Source: Coriobacteriaceae bacterium
Lineage (GTDB): Bacteria; Bacillota; Clostridia; Oscillospirales; Ruminococcaceae
NCBI GenBank assembly: GCA_963588145.1
Contig: CAVAGJ010000005.1
Coordinates: forward strand, 8,726 to 72,725
DNA length: 64,000 nucleotides
Direction of reading: 5' to 3'
In this document: positions 1 to 10,161 of the stretch, one piece after another
Layout: each line of letters starts with the position of its first letter
Position numbering within the stretch: position 1 is the stretch's first letter
Notes under the pieces: model-generated
Databases searched by the model: none
What the model was told of the DNA's origin: nothing
Seen by the model: the letters and a program-made list of their open reading frames with translations, nothing else
Made by a program: the position numbers and the translations under genes

Positions 1-627
1 CAGCGGGATCAGCACCGGCACCAGCGCCTTGATACGCTGGGTAAAGGTGCCATTGTCGATCATCGCACCGCGGGCTTTCTGGGCGTTCATGATCTTCTCG
101 GTCTCCTCGATCAGCGTTGGGATGAACCGCAGGGCAATCGTCATCATCATCGCCAGTTCATGCACCGGGAAATGAATTTTTGCCAGCGGGCGCAGCAGAT
201 TTTCAATCGCATCCGTCAGCACAATGGGGCTGGTGGTATAGGTCAAAAGGCTCGTACCCGCGATCAATGCGCAGACGCGCACCGTCAGCAGAATGGCATA
301 ACGGATGCCTTCCGCATAAATTTTCAGCACCCAGATGTGGACAAGCGGCTCTCCCTCGCCGGTGACGAAAAACAGGTTGAGCACCGCCGTGAACAGCACA
401 ATGGGCACGATGGGCTTTAAACTTTTTAAAATCAGCTTGCCGGGAATTTTGGCGGTCTTGTACAGCACCGCCAGCAGGGCGATGGACAGCGCTAGGCCCA
501 GGGGGTTGGGCGCTACAAACAGCACCACGATATAGGCGATAGTCGCCACCAACTTTAGGCGCGGGTCGCAGCGGTGCAGCACCGAGTTACCCGGGAAATG
601 CTGGCCGATGGTAATATCACGCAGCAT
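1..627 (-). CDS. ecfT: ECF transporter transmembrane component T (partial; 3' end runs off the window start)
   Basis: Reverse strand from ATG at 627 reads MLRDITIGQHFPGNSVLHRCDPRLK..., a typical EcfT N-terminus, with LRFIP further in. Abuts the ecfA2 stop. Confidence 0.93.
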   Translation of the reverse strand, partial: MLRDITIGQHFPGNSVLHRCDPRLKLVATIAYIVVLFVAPNPLGLALSIALLAVLYKTAKIPGKLILKSLKPIVPIVLFTAVLNLFFVTGEGEPLVHIWVLKIYAEGIRYAILLTVRVCALIAGTSLLTYTTSPIVLTDAIENLLRPLAKIHFPVHELAMMMTIALRFIPTLIEETEKIMNAQKARGAMIDNGTFTQRIKALVPVLIPL

Positions 628-1503
628 TTACTGCACCTCCTTTGCCTGCTTGGCCGCCAGTGCCTTTTGGATGGTCTTGACGGCATAGGGCATCGTGTAC
701 ACGTCCGTGGGGATATCCAGCCCCATCTGGCGCAGTTTCAGGAAGATCTGCGTGACCTGCGGCACCGAAAGCCCCAGTTCCAGCAGTTCCTGCGCGTGGC
801 CGAACACATTTTCCACTGTGTCGTACATCGCCAGCTTGGCGTGGCTCATTACCAGCACGCGGTTGGCATACTTGGCAATGTCCTCCATCGAATGGCTGAC
901 CAGCAGTACCGTGATGCCGGTTTTTTCGTGGTAGTCGCGGATCTGGCTCAGGATCATATCGCGGCCCTCGGGGTCGAGGCCGGCGGCGGGTTCATCCAGC
1001 ACCAGCACACGGGGGTGCATCGCCATAACGCCGGCAATGGCTACGCGGCGCTTCTGCCCGCCGGAAAGCTCAAACGGACTTTTCTGCAGCAGTTCATCGG
1101 AAAGTCCAACGAAAGCAGCCGCCTCTTTCACGCGGCGGTCGATCTCTTCCTCGTCCAGGCCCATGTTGCGGGGGCCGTAGGCGATGTCCTTTGCGCAGGT
1201 CTCCTCAAACAGCTGGTACTCGGGGTACTGCATGACCAGGCCCACCTGGAAGCGGAACGCCCGCAGGTCGCCCCCCTGCTCCCACATGTCCTTGCCGTCA
1301 ATCAGGATGCAGCCGGAGGTAGGTCGGTTTAGGCCGTTGAAATGGCTGACAAGCGTAGACTTTCCGCTGCCGGTGGAGCCGATGATGCCGACAAAATCGC
1401 CCTCCTCCACGCTGAAACTCACATCATCCAGCGCGATAGTTTCATCCGGCATGCCGGGGTTGTAGACGTAATTCAGATGTTCTACACGAATGATCTCTGA
1501 CAC
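628..1503 (-). CDS. ecfA2: ECF transporter ATPase (A' component)
   Basis: Walker A GSTGSGKST, QYPEYQLFEET, LSGGQKRRVAIAG, DEP; upstream of ecfT. Confidence 0.93.
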   Translation of the reverse strand: MSEIIRVEHLNYVYNPGMPDETIALDDVSFSVEEGDFVGIIGSTGSGKSTLVSHFNGLNRPTSGCILIDGKDMWEQGGDLRAFRFQVGLVMQYPEYQLFEETCAKDIAYGPRNMGLDEEEIDRRVKEAAAFVGLSDELLQKSPFELSGGQKRRVAIAGVMAMHPRVLVLDEPAAGLDPEGRDMILSQIRDYHEKTGITVLLVSHSMEDIAKYANRVLVMSHAKLAMYDTVENVFGHAQELLELGLSVPQVTQIFLKLRQMGLDIPTDVYTMPYAVKTIQKALAAKQAKEVQ

Positions 1504-1567
1504 TGTTTATTCCTTTCCCGCAGAATACCGCCCACGATGGGTGCCGTTTCTGCCTATGATGGGATTT

Positions 1568-2410
1568 TTACTGCAGCAGTTTATACAGTTCCTCGGCGCA
1601 TCGGTCGGGGGTGATGACATTTTCCGGCATAGGGATGCCAATTCTCACCAGTTCATCCCGCAGTTCTGCCGCCTGGGGCACATCCAAATGGTAACTGTGC
1701 AGCCGTTCGGTCTGGCTGAACACCTGCTCCGGTGTGCCCTCCATCACAATGCGGCCCCGGCTCATGACCAGTACGCGGTCGGCCTGGGCGGCTTCCTCCA
1801 TATAATGGGTGATGGAGACGATGGAGATGCCCGCCTTCCGCAGTTGGTGGATCGTGCGCATGACCTGGCTACGGCCGTGGGGGTCCAGCATGGCGGTGGC
1901 TTCGTCCAGCACCAGGCAGTCCGGCCGCATAGCAATCACGCCTGCAATGGCGACACGCTGCTTCTGGCCGCCGGAGAGCTTATAGGGCGCAGCTTCGCGC
2001 TTTTCGTAAATGCCCGCCAGCTTCATGGCTTCATCGATGCGGGTGCGGATCTCCTCGGGCGGAACACCCAGGTTTTCCGGCGCAAAGGCCACATCTTCTT
2101 CCACGATGGTTGCCACAATCTGGTTGTCCGGGTTCTGGAACACCATACCCACTTTCTGGCGGATATCATAGAGGTGATCCTCGCCCCGGGTATCCATATT
2201 TTGCACCAGCACCGTGCCGGTCTCCGGTAGCAGGATGGCGTTAAAATGCTTGGCCAGTGTGCTTTTGCCGCAGCCGTTGGCACCCAGCACGGCCACAAAC
2301 TCACCACGGCGGATGTTCAGGCTCACACCGTCCACCGCGTAGGTGGGCTGTTCAGGGTCGTAGCGGAACTTGACATCCTGCACACGGATCATCGGTTCTT
2401 CCTTCGGCAT
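1568..2410 (-). CDS. ecfA1: ECF transporter ATPase (A component)
   Basis: GANGCGKST, FQNPDNQIV, LSGGQKQRVAIAG, DEATAMLDP. Confidence 0.93.
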   Translation of the reverse strand: MPKEEPMIRVQDVKFRYDPEQPTYAVDGVSLNIRRGEFVAVLGANGCGKSTLAKHFNAILLPETGTVLVQNMDTRGEDHLYDIRQKVGMVFQNPDNQIVATIVEEDVAFAPENLGVPPEEIRTRIDEAMKLAGIYEKREAAPYKLSGGQKQRVAIAGVIAMRPDCLVLDEATAMLDPHGRSQVMRTIHQLRKAGISIVSITHYMEEAAQADRVLVMSRGRIVMEGTPEQVFSQTERLHSYHLDVPQAAELRDELVRIGIPMPENVITPDRCAEELYKLLQ

Positions 2411-2413
2411 AGT

Positions 2414-3277
2414 TTACTTCTCCCAAATAGCGGTCGCGCCGCAGGGCACCACACCGCCGGTAGCCGAGACCGGCAGGCCGATCTCATCGCAGTGGGTGTG
2501 TCCGCCCACAGCGGGGCAAAGCGTCGTTTTTACGATGTATTCCATCACCGCCGGGCTCAGACCCTCGGTGTAGGAGTTGATGGCAAAGAACAGCGGGTCA
2601 TCACTCAGCACCTGCTCCGTCAGGGTGATGAGGTCGTAGACGTTGTCCTCCAGCTTCCAGATCTCGCCGCCGGGGCCGCGCCCGTAGCTGGGCGGGTCCA
2701 TGATGACGGCATCGTACTTGCTGCCACGGTGGATCTCCCGTTGCACAAACTTGGCGCAGTCGTCCACGATCCAGCGGCAGGGGCGGTCGGCCAGGTTGCT
2801 GGCAGCGGCGTTTTCCCGCGCCCAGGCTACCATGCCTTTGCTGGCATCCACATGGGTGACGCTGGCACCGGCAGCCAGGCAGGCCAGCGTAGCACCGCCG
2901 GTGTAGCCAAAGAGGTTCAGCACCCGGATCGGACGGCCAGCGGCTTTGATTTTTTCCTGATACCAGGCCCAGTTGACGGCCTGCTCCGGGAAAACGCCGG
3001 TGTGCTTAAAGCCCGTGGGGCTGACGATGAGGGTCAGCTCCCCCCAATGGATCTGCCATTTCTGGGGCAGGCGCTTGTGGTAGTTCCACTGCCCGCCGCC
3101 CTTGGCCGAGCGGTAGTACACGGCATCGGCCTTGGCCCACAGGGGGCTGGTCTCGTCATTTTTCCAGATGACCTGCGGGTCAGGGCGGATCAGCAAAGTC
3201 TGCCCCCACCGCTCCAGGCGATTGTGGTTGGTGGCGTCCAACAGTTCATAATCCCGCCAGCTGTCGGCAGGGCGCAT
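2414..3277 (-). CDS. Class I SAM-dependent methyltransferase (RlmI/RlmK-like)
   Basis: KHTGVFPEQ, LNLFGYTG, DPPSYG motifs. ATG at 3277 follows an AAGGAG RBS. Confidence 0.85.
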   Translation of the reverse strand: MRPADSWRDYELLDATNHNRLERWGQTLLIRPDPQVIWKNDETSPLWAKADAVYYRSAKGGGQWNYHKRLPQKWQIHWGELTLIVSPTGFKHTGVFPEQAVNWAWYQEKIKAAGRPIRVLNLFGYTGGATLACLAAGASVTHVDASKGMVAWARENAAASNLADRPCRWIVDDCAKFVQREIHRGSKYDAVIMDPPSYGRGPGGEIWKLEDNVYDLITLTEQVLSDDPLFFAINSYTEGLSPAVMEYIVKTTLCPAVGGHTHCDEIGLPVSATGGVVPCGATAIWEK

Positions 3278-3313
3278 AGGCAATTCTCCTTTTATATTCT
3301 ACGATGCAGCGTC

Positions 3314-4681
3314 TCACTTATCCAAAATACGCTGTTTGATCATGTCGGCGATGCGGTCGGCGCTGGACTTGATGGCTTCCTGGTCCTCGCCCTCGACCAT
3401 GACGCGGATCTTCGGCTCGGTGCCGGAAACGCGCACGAGGACGCGGCCCATGCCCATCAGGCTCTGCTGCTGGCTCTCGATGAAACCGGCGATATACTCA
3501 TCCTCTTTGTAGGCTTCTTTCTGGGCCTTGTCGGCGGTCAGGTTGATAAGCACCTGGGGGAACTTGGTGTAGACGGCGTTCAGGTCGCTCATCTTGGCAC
3601 CGTTCTCAGCCTTTTTGCGGGCCAGCACTTTCAGCAGCTTACCGGCGGTCAGTTCGCCGTCACCGGTGGTGGAGTGATGCAGGAAGATCACGTGGCCGCT
3701 CTGTTCGCCGCCGATGGCATAGCCGCGGGCGCGCATTTCTTCCAGCACGTAGCGGTCGCCCACAGCGGTGCGGGCGGTCTCGATTCCTAAGGACTGCATG
3801 TATTTCATGAAGCCCAGGTTGGACATAACGGTAACAACGACCGTGTTGCCGTCCAGGCGGCCGCGCTCTTTCATATCGGTGCCAACCAGGGCGATAATTT
3901 TATCGCCATCGATCTCAGCACCGTTTTCGTCACAGGCCAGGCAGCGGTCCGCATCGCCGTCAAAGGCAATGCCGCAGTCGTAGCCACCCTGCTTGACGGC
4001 AGCTTCCAGCGTTTCCAGATGGGTGGAGCCGCAACCGTCATTGACGGAAACGCCGTCCTGCTGGGTTCCAATGAAGCCGCACTCGCAGCCCAGGCGGGGG
4101 AACAGTTCCTGTGCGACCGTGGCGGAGGCTCCATTGGCGCAGTCGAACAGCACTTTCAGGCCGGTGAGGTCGGCATCGATGTGCTCCTGCAGGAAGTCAA
4201 CGTAGTCCTTCACGCCGGTACGGCACATTTTGATGCGGCCGATGTCAGCGCCCTCGGCCAGGCGGATGTCCGCGCAGTTGTTGAAAACATGAGCCTCAAT
4301 CTGGTTTTCGACTTCATCGGGCAGCTTGTAGCCATCGCCCTTGAAGATTTTGATGCCGTTGAATTCCATCGGGTTATGGGAGGCGGAAATCATAATACCG
4401 GCATCGGCATGGTATTTGCGGACCAGATAGGCGACGCCGGGGGTGGGGATAACGCCCAGCAGTTCTACGTCCGCGCCAACGCTGCACAGGCCGGCGGCCA
4501 GGGTGGATTCCAGCATATCACCGGACACACGGGTATCTTTGCCGATCAGGATTTTGGGGCGGTGGCCGTCCAGGCTGGTCAGCACGGCAGCGGTGCCGCG
4601 GCCGATCTGAAGTGCCAGTTCGCAGGTGAGGTCCTTGCCCGCCACACCGCGGACACCATCAGTACCAAACAGTTTACCCAT
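3314..4681 (-). CDS. glmM: Phosphoglucosamine mutase
   Basis: FGTDGVRG, SASHNP, DGDADR, GGEQSGH, SGTEP. Confidence 0.96.
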   Translation of the reverse strand: MGKLFGTDGVRGVAGKDLTCELALQIGRGTAAVLTSLDGHRPKILIGKDTRVSGDMLESTLAAGLCSVGADVELLGVIPTPGVAYLVRKYHADAGIMISASHNPMEFNGIKIFKGDGYKLPDEVENQIEAHVFNNCADIRLAEGADIGRIKMCRTGVKDYVDFLQEHIDADLTGLKVLFDCANGASATVAQELFPRLGCECGFIGTQQDGVSVNDGCGSTHLETLEAAVKQGGYDCGIAFDGDADRCLACDENGAEIDGDKIIALVGTDMKERGRLDGNTVVVTVMSNLGFMKYMQSLGIETARTAVGDRYVLEEMRARGYAIGGEQSGHVIFLHHSTTGDGELTAGKLLKVLARKKAENGAKMSDLNAVYTKFPQVLINLTADKAQKEAYKEDEYIAGFIESQQQSLMGMGRVLVRVSGTEPKIRVMVEGEDQEAIKSSADRIADMIKQRILDK

Positions 4682-4784
4682 TCTCGTCAGATCCTTTCCT
4701 ATTGTTGATTGGATTCGGTTGATTTATCACTCTATGCCGCTTGTCGGCATGGGATTAGTGATTTTGTTTCAACGGAAGCATTTC

Positions 4785-4813
4785 TGTAGGAGCGAACATC
4801 GTTCACCCCTACA
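4785..4813. repeat. GTAG-type REP-like palindrome
   Basis: TGTAGGAGCGAACATCGTTCACCCCTACA; same ends and loop type as copies at 31101 and 57385. Confidence 0.7.
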
Positions 4814-4839
4814 TCCTTTATACTTTCCAAACGCACTCG

Positions 4840-5892
4840 TTAAAACATACTCTGTTGCCCATCTTCCTCGTCAAGCCTGCGGGGCACGGCCATGTGCAGA
4901 TGCTCATAGGCCAGGCGGGTTACGCAGCGACCGCGGGGGGTACGGGTCAGCATGCCCATCTGCATCAGGTAAGGCTCGCAGATATCCTCCAGCGTGACGC
5001 TCTCTTCGCCCAGGGCGGCGGCCAGCGTTTCCAGGCCGACCGGGCCGCCGTTGTACATCTCGATGATGGCGCGCAGCAGGCTGCGGTCCAGTTCATCCAG
5101 CCCCATCTCGTCAATGTCCATCCACTTGCGGGCCGCGATGGCAGTTTCCTCGTCGATGGTGCCGTCACATTCTACCATGGCAAAGTCGCGGGCGCGCTTG
5201 AGCATACGGTTGGCGATACGCGGCGTACCACGGGCACAGCGGGCCAGTTCCAATGCGCCCTCATCGGTGATGGGCACACCCAGAATGCCCGCGCTGCGGG
5301 TAATGATGCGCGCCAGTTCCTGGGGGCTGTACAGTTCCAGCTTGAGCAAAATGCCGAAGCGGTCACGCAGGGGGCCGGTCAGTTGGCCGGCGCGGGTGGT
5401 AGCGCCCACCAGCGTAAAGCGCGGCAGGTTGATGCGGATGCTTTGCGCACTGGGGCCTTTGCCGATCATGATATCCAGCGCGAAATCTTCCAGCGCCGGG
5501 TAGAGCACTTCCTCCACCTGGCGGGACAAGCGGTGGATCTCATCGATAAAGAGGATGTCGCCCTCCTGCAAATTGGTCAGCAGCGCCGCCAGGTCGCCGG
5601 GCTTCTCGATGGCCGGGCCGGAGGTGATGCGGATCTGCACCCCCATCTCCTGCGCCACAATGCCCGCCAGCGTGGTTTTGCCCAAGCCGGGCGGGCCGTA
5701 AAGCAGGATGTGATCCATCGGCTCGCCGCGCTGCTGCGCCGCCCGCAGATAGACTTTTAAGTTGCCTTTGGCTTTTTCCTGGCCGACATAATCATCCAGT
5801 GTTTTGGGGCGCAAGCTGATTTCCTCGGCATCAGCGGGCATCGCATCCGGGCTGACAAGGCGGGTGGGGTCTACCATATATTCCTGATTCAT
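4840..5892 (-). CDS. ruvB: Holliday junction branch migration helicase RuvB
   Basis: [45 protein letters not shown]. Confidence 0.97.
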   Translation of the reverse strand: MNQEYMVDPTRLVSPDAMPADAEEISLRPKTLDDYVGQEKAKGNLKVYLRAAQQRGEPMDHILLYGPPGLGKTTLAGIVAQEMGVQIRITSGPAIEKPGDLAALLTNLQEGDILFIDEIHRLSRQVEEVLYPALEDFALDIMIGKGPSAQSIRINLPRFTLVGATTRAGQLTGPLRDRFGILLKLELYSPQELARIITRSAGILGVPITDEGALELARCARGTPRIANRMLKRARDFAMVECDGTIDEETAIAARKWMDIDEMGLDELDRSLLRAIIEMYNGGPVGLETLAAALGEESVTLEDICEPYLMQMGMLTRTPRGRCVTRLAYEHLHMAVPRRLDEEDGQQSMF

Positions 5893-5904
5893 TGTTTACC
5901 CCTT

Positions 5905-6507
5905 TCAGTGTGCGCGGGACATGCTGCGCAGCGCCACCTTGATAATATCCTGTACGGGCAGCGTCTCGTCCACGCGGGCTACCGCAGCAGCGGCATCGCT
6001 GGGGGTGTAGCCCAGGCTGACCAGCGCCGCCACAGCCTGCGCCGGAGCCGAGCTGGGCGCGGGCACGCTCATATCACCGGAGAAGCCCGTGCCATTGGCC
6101 AGGCCCTTGCCCACTTTGTCTTTCAGTTCCAGGGCGATGCGCTGGGCCAGTTTGGGGCCAACGCCGCTGGCCTTGGTAAAGGCTTTATGATCACCGCTGG
6201 AGGCTGCCAGAGCGACTTTTTCCGGGGTCATGATGGACAGGATGGACAAGCCCGCCTTGGGGCCGACACCGGTGACAGCCGTCAGCATCTTGAAGCAGTC
6301 GCGCTGTTCCTCGTTGGCAAAGCCGTAGAGGGAGACATCGTTCTCGGTCACGTTCATGATAGTATAGACCGTGCCTTCCTGTCCCGGGGCGGGCAGAGCC
6401 TCTCCGGTAGTCGCCGAAACCTGCACATAGTACCCCACGCCCGCGCAGCTGATGACCACGGAATCGAGGGATTTTTTTAAAATTTTGCCAGTCAGGCAAT
6501 AAATCAT
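5905..6507 (-). CDS. ruvA: Holliday junction branch migration protein RuvA
   Basis: GVGY, LYGF, VTGVGPK and GVGPKLAQRIALELK HhH motifs; C-terminal ALVSLGY. Confidence 0.96.
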   Translation of the reverse strand: MIYCLTGKILKKSLDSVVISCAGVGYYVQVSATTGEALPAPGQEGTVYTIMNVTENDVSLYGFANEEQRDCFKMLTAVTGVGPKAGLSILSIMTPEKVALAASSGDHKAFTKASGVGPKLAQRIALELKDKVGKGLANGTGFSGDMSVPAPSSAPAQAVAALVSLGYTPSDAAAAVARVDETLPVQDIIKVALRSMSRAH

Positions 6508-6549
6508 GGTTGGCTTCCTTTTTTATAATATTAAATTATTGTAGACTGT

Positions 6550-6642
6550 CGTGCGGGCGAATATGGAATCCGCCCCCACGAAAACGGTAACCTGTTTTTG
6601 CTCCCGTAGGGTGCATTCTATATGCATGCGCCCCTACGGGAG
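6550..6642. repeat. Pair of degenerate GTAG-type REP-like palindromes
   Basis: GCGGGCGAATATGGAATCCGCCCCCAC and CTCCCGTAGGGTGCATTCTATATGCATGCGCCCCTACGGGAG. Confidence 0.7.
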
Positions 6643-6678
6643 CCCACAAACTGCCGCCCACTTCACGGTCTGATATAT

Positions 6679-6722
6679 ATATTGAAAGTTTCTTTGCCTA
6701 CTTTCTTTTCAAAGAGAGTCAG
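6679..6722. repeat. AT-rich dispersed repeat (family 2), directly after the ruvC stop
   Basis: ATATTGAAAGTTTCTTTGCCTACTTTCTTTTCAAAGAGAGTCAG; similar to 31157-31192 and 52447-52491. Confidence 0.7.
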
Positions 6723-7220
6723 CTATCGCACCGGCGTACCCATCAGACGGCTGCGGCTGCAATGGCAATGAGCGATAGCCATGCCCAGGGCATCGGCGGT
6801 ATCGTCCGGTTTAGGGATGGTTTCCAAGTGCAGCATCATGCGGGTCATCTCCTGGATCTGCTTTTTCACGGCCTTTCCGTAGCCGGTGATGGCCTGCTTG
6901 ACCTGCATGGGTGTGTACTCGTAGATCGGCACACCGCACTGGGCCGCCGCCAGCAGGATCACGCCGCGCGCCTCGGCTACGCCGATGACGGTGGTCTGGT
7001 TGTGCTGGTAGTAAAGTTTTTCGATGGAGAGAGCTTCTGGCTGGTAGCGCTTGCAGATGTCCAGCACACCCTCGTAGATCTCGGCCAGGCGCTGTTCAAA
7101 GGGGGTGTCTTTTTCGGTAATGACCGCCCCGTAGCCCACCGGTGCAAATCGATTGCTCACATATTCCACAACGCCCCAGCCTACGATCGCGTAGCCGGGG
7201 TCAATACCAAGGACCCGCAA
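6723..7220 (-). CDS. ruvC: Crossover junction endodeoxyribonuclease RuvC
   Basis: LGIDPG, EARGVILL, VKQAITGYGKA, DDTADAL. Likely TTG start at 7220 after GGAGG. Confidence 0.95.
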   Translation of the reverse strand: MRVLGIDPGYAIVGWGVVEYVSNRFAPVGYGAVITEKDTPFEQRLAEIYEGVLDICKRYQPEALSIEKLYYQHNQTTVIGVAEARGVILLAAAQCGVPIYEYTPMQVKQAITGYGKAVKKQIQEMTRMMLHLETIPKPDDTADALGMAIAHCHCSRSRLMGTPVR

Positions 7221-7361
7221 GTCTCTATACCTCCCCACTTTAACTGGTATAGTATACCACAAAAAGGTGTGTGCGTCCACTGCGACAGAGCGGTTTTTGG
7301 CTGTCCGAGGGGGCGATTTCGACTTTTTTCAGAAAAAATTAAAATTTCTCGGAAAAAGTGC

Positions 7362-7390
7362 TTGACTTTTCGCTTTGCGTCTGGTATCAT
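7362..7390 (+). promoter_or_regulatory. sigma-A promoter of tRNA-Val
   Basis: TTGACT-17 bp-TATCAT with extended TG and an A/T-rich upstream tract. Confidence 0.75.
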
Positions 7391-7431
7391 AACATACGTC
7401 GCTGGGAGACACGGCGCAGACAACAAAACAT

Positions 7432-7507
7432 GGACGGTTAGCTCAGCTGGTAGAGCATCTGCTTGACGTGCAGGAGGTCACAGGTTCGAGTCCTGTACCG
7501 TCCACCA
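7432..7507 (+). tRNA. tRNA-Val(GAC)
   Basis: Acceptor stem GGACGGT/ACCGTCC, D arm GCTC/GAGC, anticodon loop TTGACGT, T loop TTCGAGT, encoded CCA; 76 nt. Confidence 0.97.
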
Positions 7508-7548
7508 AAAGAAAAGACCTGAAGCATTGCTTCAGGTCTTTTCTTTTG
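7508..7548 (+). terminator. Intrinsic terminator after tRNA-Val
   Basis: AAAAGACCTGAAGC-ATT-GCTTCAGGTCTTTTCTTTT. Confidence 0.85.
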
Positions 7549-7798
7549 GTGAACTTACCGCAGACGATACCACCCCGAAGAATTGGACAGTGGAAAATCG
7601 ACCAAGACATTGAAAACTGCAGCTTCGGATTTGTAATGAACTCAAGATGGGAATACAGAAAAATCGGAAGTTGTGGGAGAGATACGAATCATGAATAACA
7701 GCAGAGACTTCAAAAAAGAGTATGATGTATAAAACACCCCATATATACCACGCACCCCCGCTCATGGCGCAGTTCCCATGGGCGGGGGTGCTTTGCAT

Positions 7799-10147
7799 TT
7801 ACTGTTCCTTTTTTCTCTGGCTTATACCCCAGACAATGCTGCCCAAGAGGGCCAGCACCGAGACAAGTTCAAAAGTGCGCCAGTAGGCGGGGGCCTGGTA
7901 GGCGATTACGATCGTACCCGTATAGCCCGCCGGGATGTTCAGGGCGATGCGGGCGTTCTCGCCGGTGCCCAGGGCGTATTCCACGCCGGTGGCTTCGTCC
8001 ACGGCGTGGTAGTGGCCGTAGTTGAAGATGGGCACCGAGATATCGGCGGCATCGCCGTCATTTTCCACCGTCAGGTAGGCCTTGCCGCTCCGCTTCTCGT
8101 AGGAGAGCAGATGCAGGTCATCACTGCCCGGCTTGGGCTGCGCCCAGATGGTCTCGTAGGCGCTGGTTCCGTCGATGAGGTACTCACCCACACCGGTGGA
8201 AGGCGTCGGGTCCATCTTGCGGAACGTATTGTACGCGCCTTCCGCCTGTCCTTTCAGCATCTGGGTCTGCATCACACCTGTCATCAGCAGAGCGCAGACC
8301 GCAAGCATCACTGCCGCCCTCTTTGCCAAACGGGCATTCCTCTCTTTCAACAGCTGGACAGCCAACACGACTGCCAGGCACAGCAGTGCCGTTGCCAACG
8401 AGAGGAACCGCCACGGATACTGGAACAGACCGATCAGCTTGCCCACCGTGTTGCCAAACCAATTGTGGAAACTATCCCAGGGGAAGACATGCATCGACAG
8501 TAGCGTTGCCAGCACCGCAAAACCGAAAGCTGTCTGCATCCGGCGCAGGGTATCTTTTCCCTGCCAGCTTTCCCTCTGCAGCAGGCAGTACAGCACCAGC
8601 AGCATCCCTACGATCAGCGGCAGACCGAAGGAAAGTGTCATATCCGGGTTGGTACCCGAATCTGCTCCACTAAATCCTGGCCCAAAGGGGCTGAACAGCT
8701 GCACCAGATATGTCCCCTGATTCTGTATCTTGCCGATCAGCGGGCCATTGACCATCAGGTCGATCTCGCTGGTGGAGATGAGGAACGGGAAAAAATACCA
8801 CGCACTCAACGCCAAAGCCAGCAGCGCCGCCTTGATCCAGGCCAGCAGACGTGCGGGGCGCAGGGTATCCCGCAGGCGCAGCAGGCAAAACACCACCAGC
8901 AGCAGCGCGATCAACTCACAGCTGAGCAGGTGGCACTGCACCAACGCCGCCATGCCAAAAGCCATGGGTGCCCATTGGGCAAAGCGGGGCTTCTCGGTGG
9001 TGTAGATATTGTACAGGCTCACCAGCACCAGCGGCAGAAATGTAATTGCCGTGTACTCGCCCACCGAGGCACGGATGTAGGTGCAGACCAGCCGGTAGCA
9101 GGACAGCGTATACAGCGCTGCCCCCAGCAGGCCCAGCTTGCGGCTGGCGGTGATTTTGCCAAAACTGCAATAGGCAATGATGGCGGTGGACAGCGTTACC
9201 GCAAAGATGTACACCTGGTAGCAGGTGCGCAGCGGCAGCCAGACGTTGTACAAAAGGGCGGGCAGCGTCAAAAATAGCTCACAGTAGCACAGCGGGTTGG
9301 CATAGCCGTAGCCGTTCAGGCTGTCGGTGGTCATGCGCACCGGGAACTGCCCGTAGGACAGCTCCGCCGCCATAGCCGTAATACGCTGCAAATGGTAGTC
9401 CAGATCATGGCCAAAGTACAGATAATTGCTGAACAGCGGCAGGCAGGCCGCCACCGTGATACCCACCAAAATCAGCGGCACCGCGTACTTACGGCGGCGC
9501 GCCGGGGCATCGGCACCCCCACGGGCAAACAAGAGCAGCAGCATAAGATCCAGCACCGCTGCCAGCAGCACAAAGGTGACCAGACGGGTCAGGCGGTAGA
9601 TGGGCTGCTCGGTCAGGGTGATTCCGTATAGGTAAAGCTGGCCCTCGCCGTAGGTCAGGGTCGCAGTCAGGTCCTGCATTCTGGCACCGTAGCCCACCCA
9701 CAGGCGGGTGGTGATGGTGCGGTGGCAGTCGTCCAACGTTACGGTGTCGGCGCTGACGGCTGACGGGTTGTCCTTGCTGGAAAAGGACAGCGAACCCGCG
9801 CTGTGCAGGGCGTTAAAGGTGGGCGCATCCGGTGTCTGGCAGGAGAAATACTGCACCGTCACCTCATACGCGCCGGAGCGCATCGCACTGCCAGCCGTGG
9901 AAAAGCTGATAGCCTTATCCTCCGGCGGGGTGAAATCCTCGCTGTTGTTCCAAATTTGCAGGGCCATCGCGTCCTCGTTTACGGCGGCGATCTGCGGGTA
10001 GTCGTTAGCGAAATCCGCCGGGGCCAGCTGCAGTTTGTAGGGCGCACCAAAAAGCGATGCTGCCAGCGAGGCCAGCACGGCGGCCTCCAGCAGGAGCACC
10101 ACGGCGAACCAGCGGTTGGTGCGCAGCAGTTTACGCAGTTTTTTCAT
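7799..10147 (-). CDS. Polytopic membrane protein, predicted GT-C glycosyltransferase (PTPS-related/YfhO-like) with an extra N-terminal extracytoplasmic domain
   Basis: GHDLDYHLQRI, GQFPVR, GYGYANPLCY, QYPWRF motifs; more than 10 hydrophobic helices; YfhO-like C-terminal beta domain (VPIFNY...GENARIAL...YQAP). Confidence 0.75.
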   Translation of the reverse strand: MKKLRKLLRTNRWFAVVLLLEAAVLASLAASLFGAPYKLQLAPADFANDYPQIAAVNEDAMALQIWNNSEDFTPPEDKAISFSTAGSAMRSGAYEVTVQYFSCQTPDAPTFNALHSAGSLSFSSKDNPSAVSADTVTLDDCHRTITTRLWVGYGARMQDLTATLTYGEGQLYLYGITLTEQPIYRLTRLVTFVLLAAVLDLMLLLLFARGGADAPARRRKYAVPLILVGITVAACLPLFSNYLYFGHDLDYHLQRITAMAAELSYGQFPVRMTTDSLNGYGYANPLCYCELFLTLPALLYNVWLPLRTCYQVYIFAVTLSTAIIAYCSFGKITASRKLGLLGAALYTLSCYRLVCTYIRASVGEYTAITFLPLVLVSLYNIYTTEKPRFAQWAPMAFGMAALVQCHLLSCELIALLLVVFCLLRLRDTLRPARLLAWIKAALLALALSAWYFFPFLISTSEIDLMVNGPLIGKIQNQGTYLVQLFSPFGPGFSGADSGTNPDMTLSFGLPLIVGMLLVLYCLLQRESWQGKDTLRRMQTAFGFAVLATLLSMHVFPWDSFHNWFGNTVGKLIGLFQYPWRFLSLATALLCLAVVLAVQLLKERNARLAKRAAVMLAVCALLMTGVMQTQMLKGQAEGAYNTFRKMDPTPSTGVGEYLIDGTSAYETIWAQPKPGSDDLHLLSYEKRSGKAYLTVENDGDAADISVPIFNYGHYHAVDEATGVEYALGTGENARIALNIPAGYTGTIVIAYQAPAYWRTFELVSVLALLGSIVWGISQRKKEQ

Positions 10148-10161
10148 ACAAAGGGGCCTCC

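Noticed and set aside
2246..3790. Long opposite-strand ORFs (e.g. 2246-3790, 10057-11688, 23841-25985, 49185-50672, 52411-54555)
   Set aside because: They are shadows of real genes in GC-rich, codon-biased DNA. They have no recognisable motifs or RBS, and some span several genes.
6723..7280. Extended N-termini in the ORF track (ruvC, mgsA, glyA, DJ-1, dehydratase, ferredoxin)
   Set aside because: Downstream starts with clear RBSs match the family N-termini, and the extensions run through promoters or neighbouring genes.
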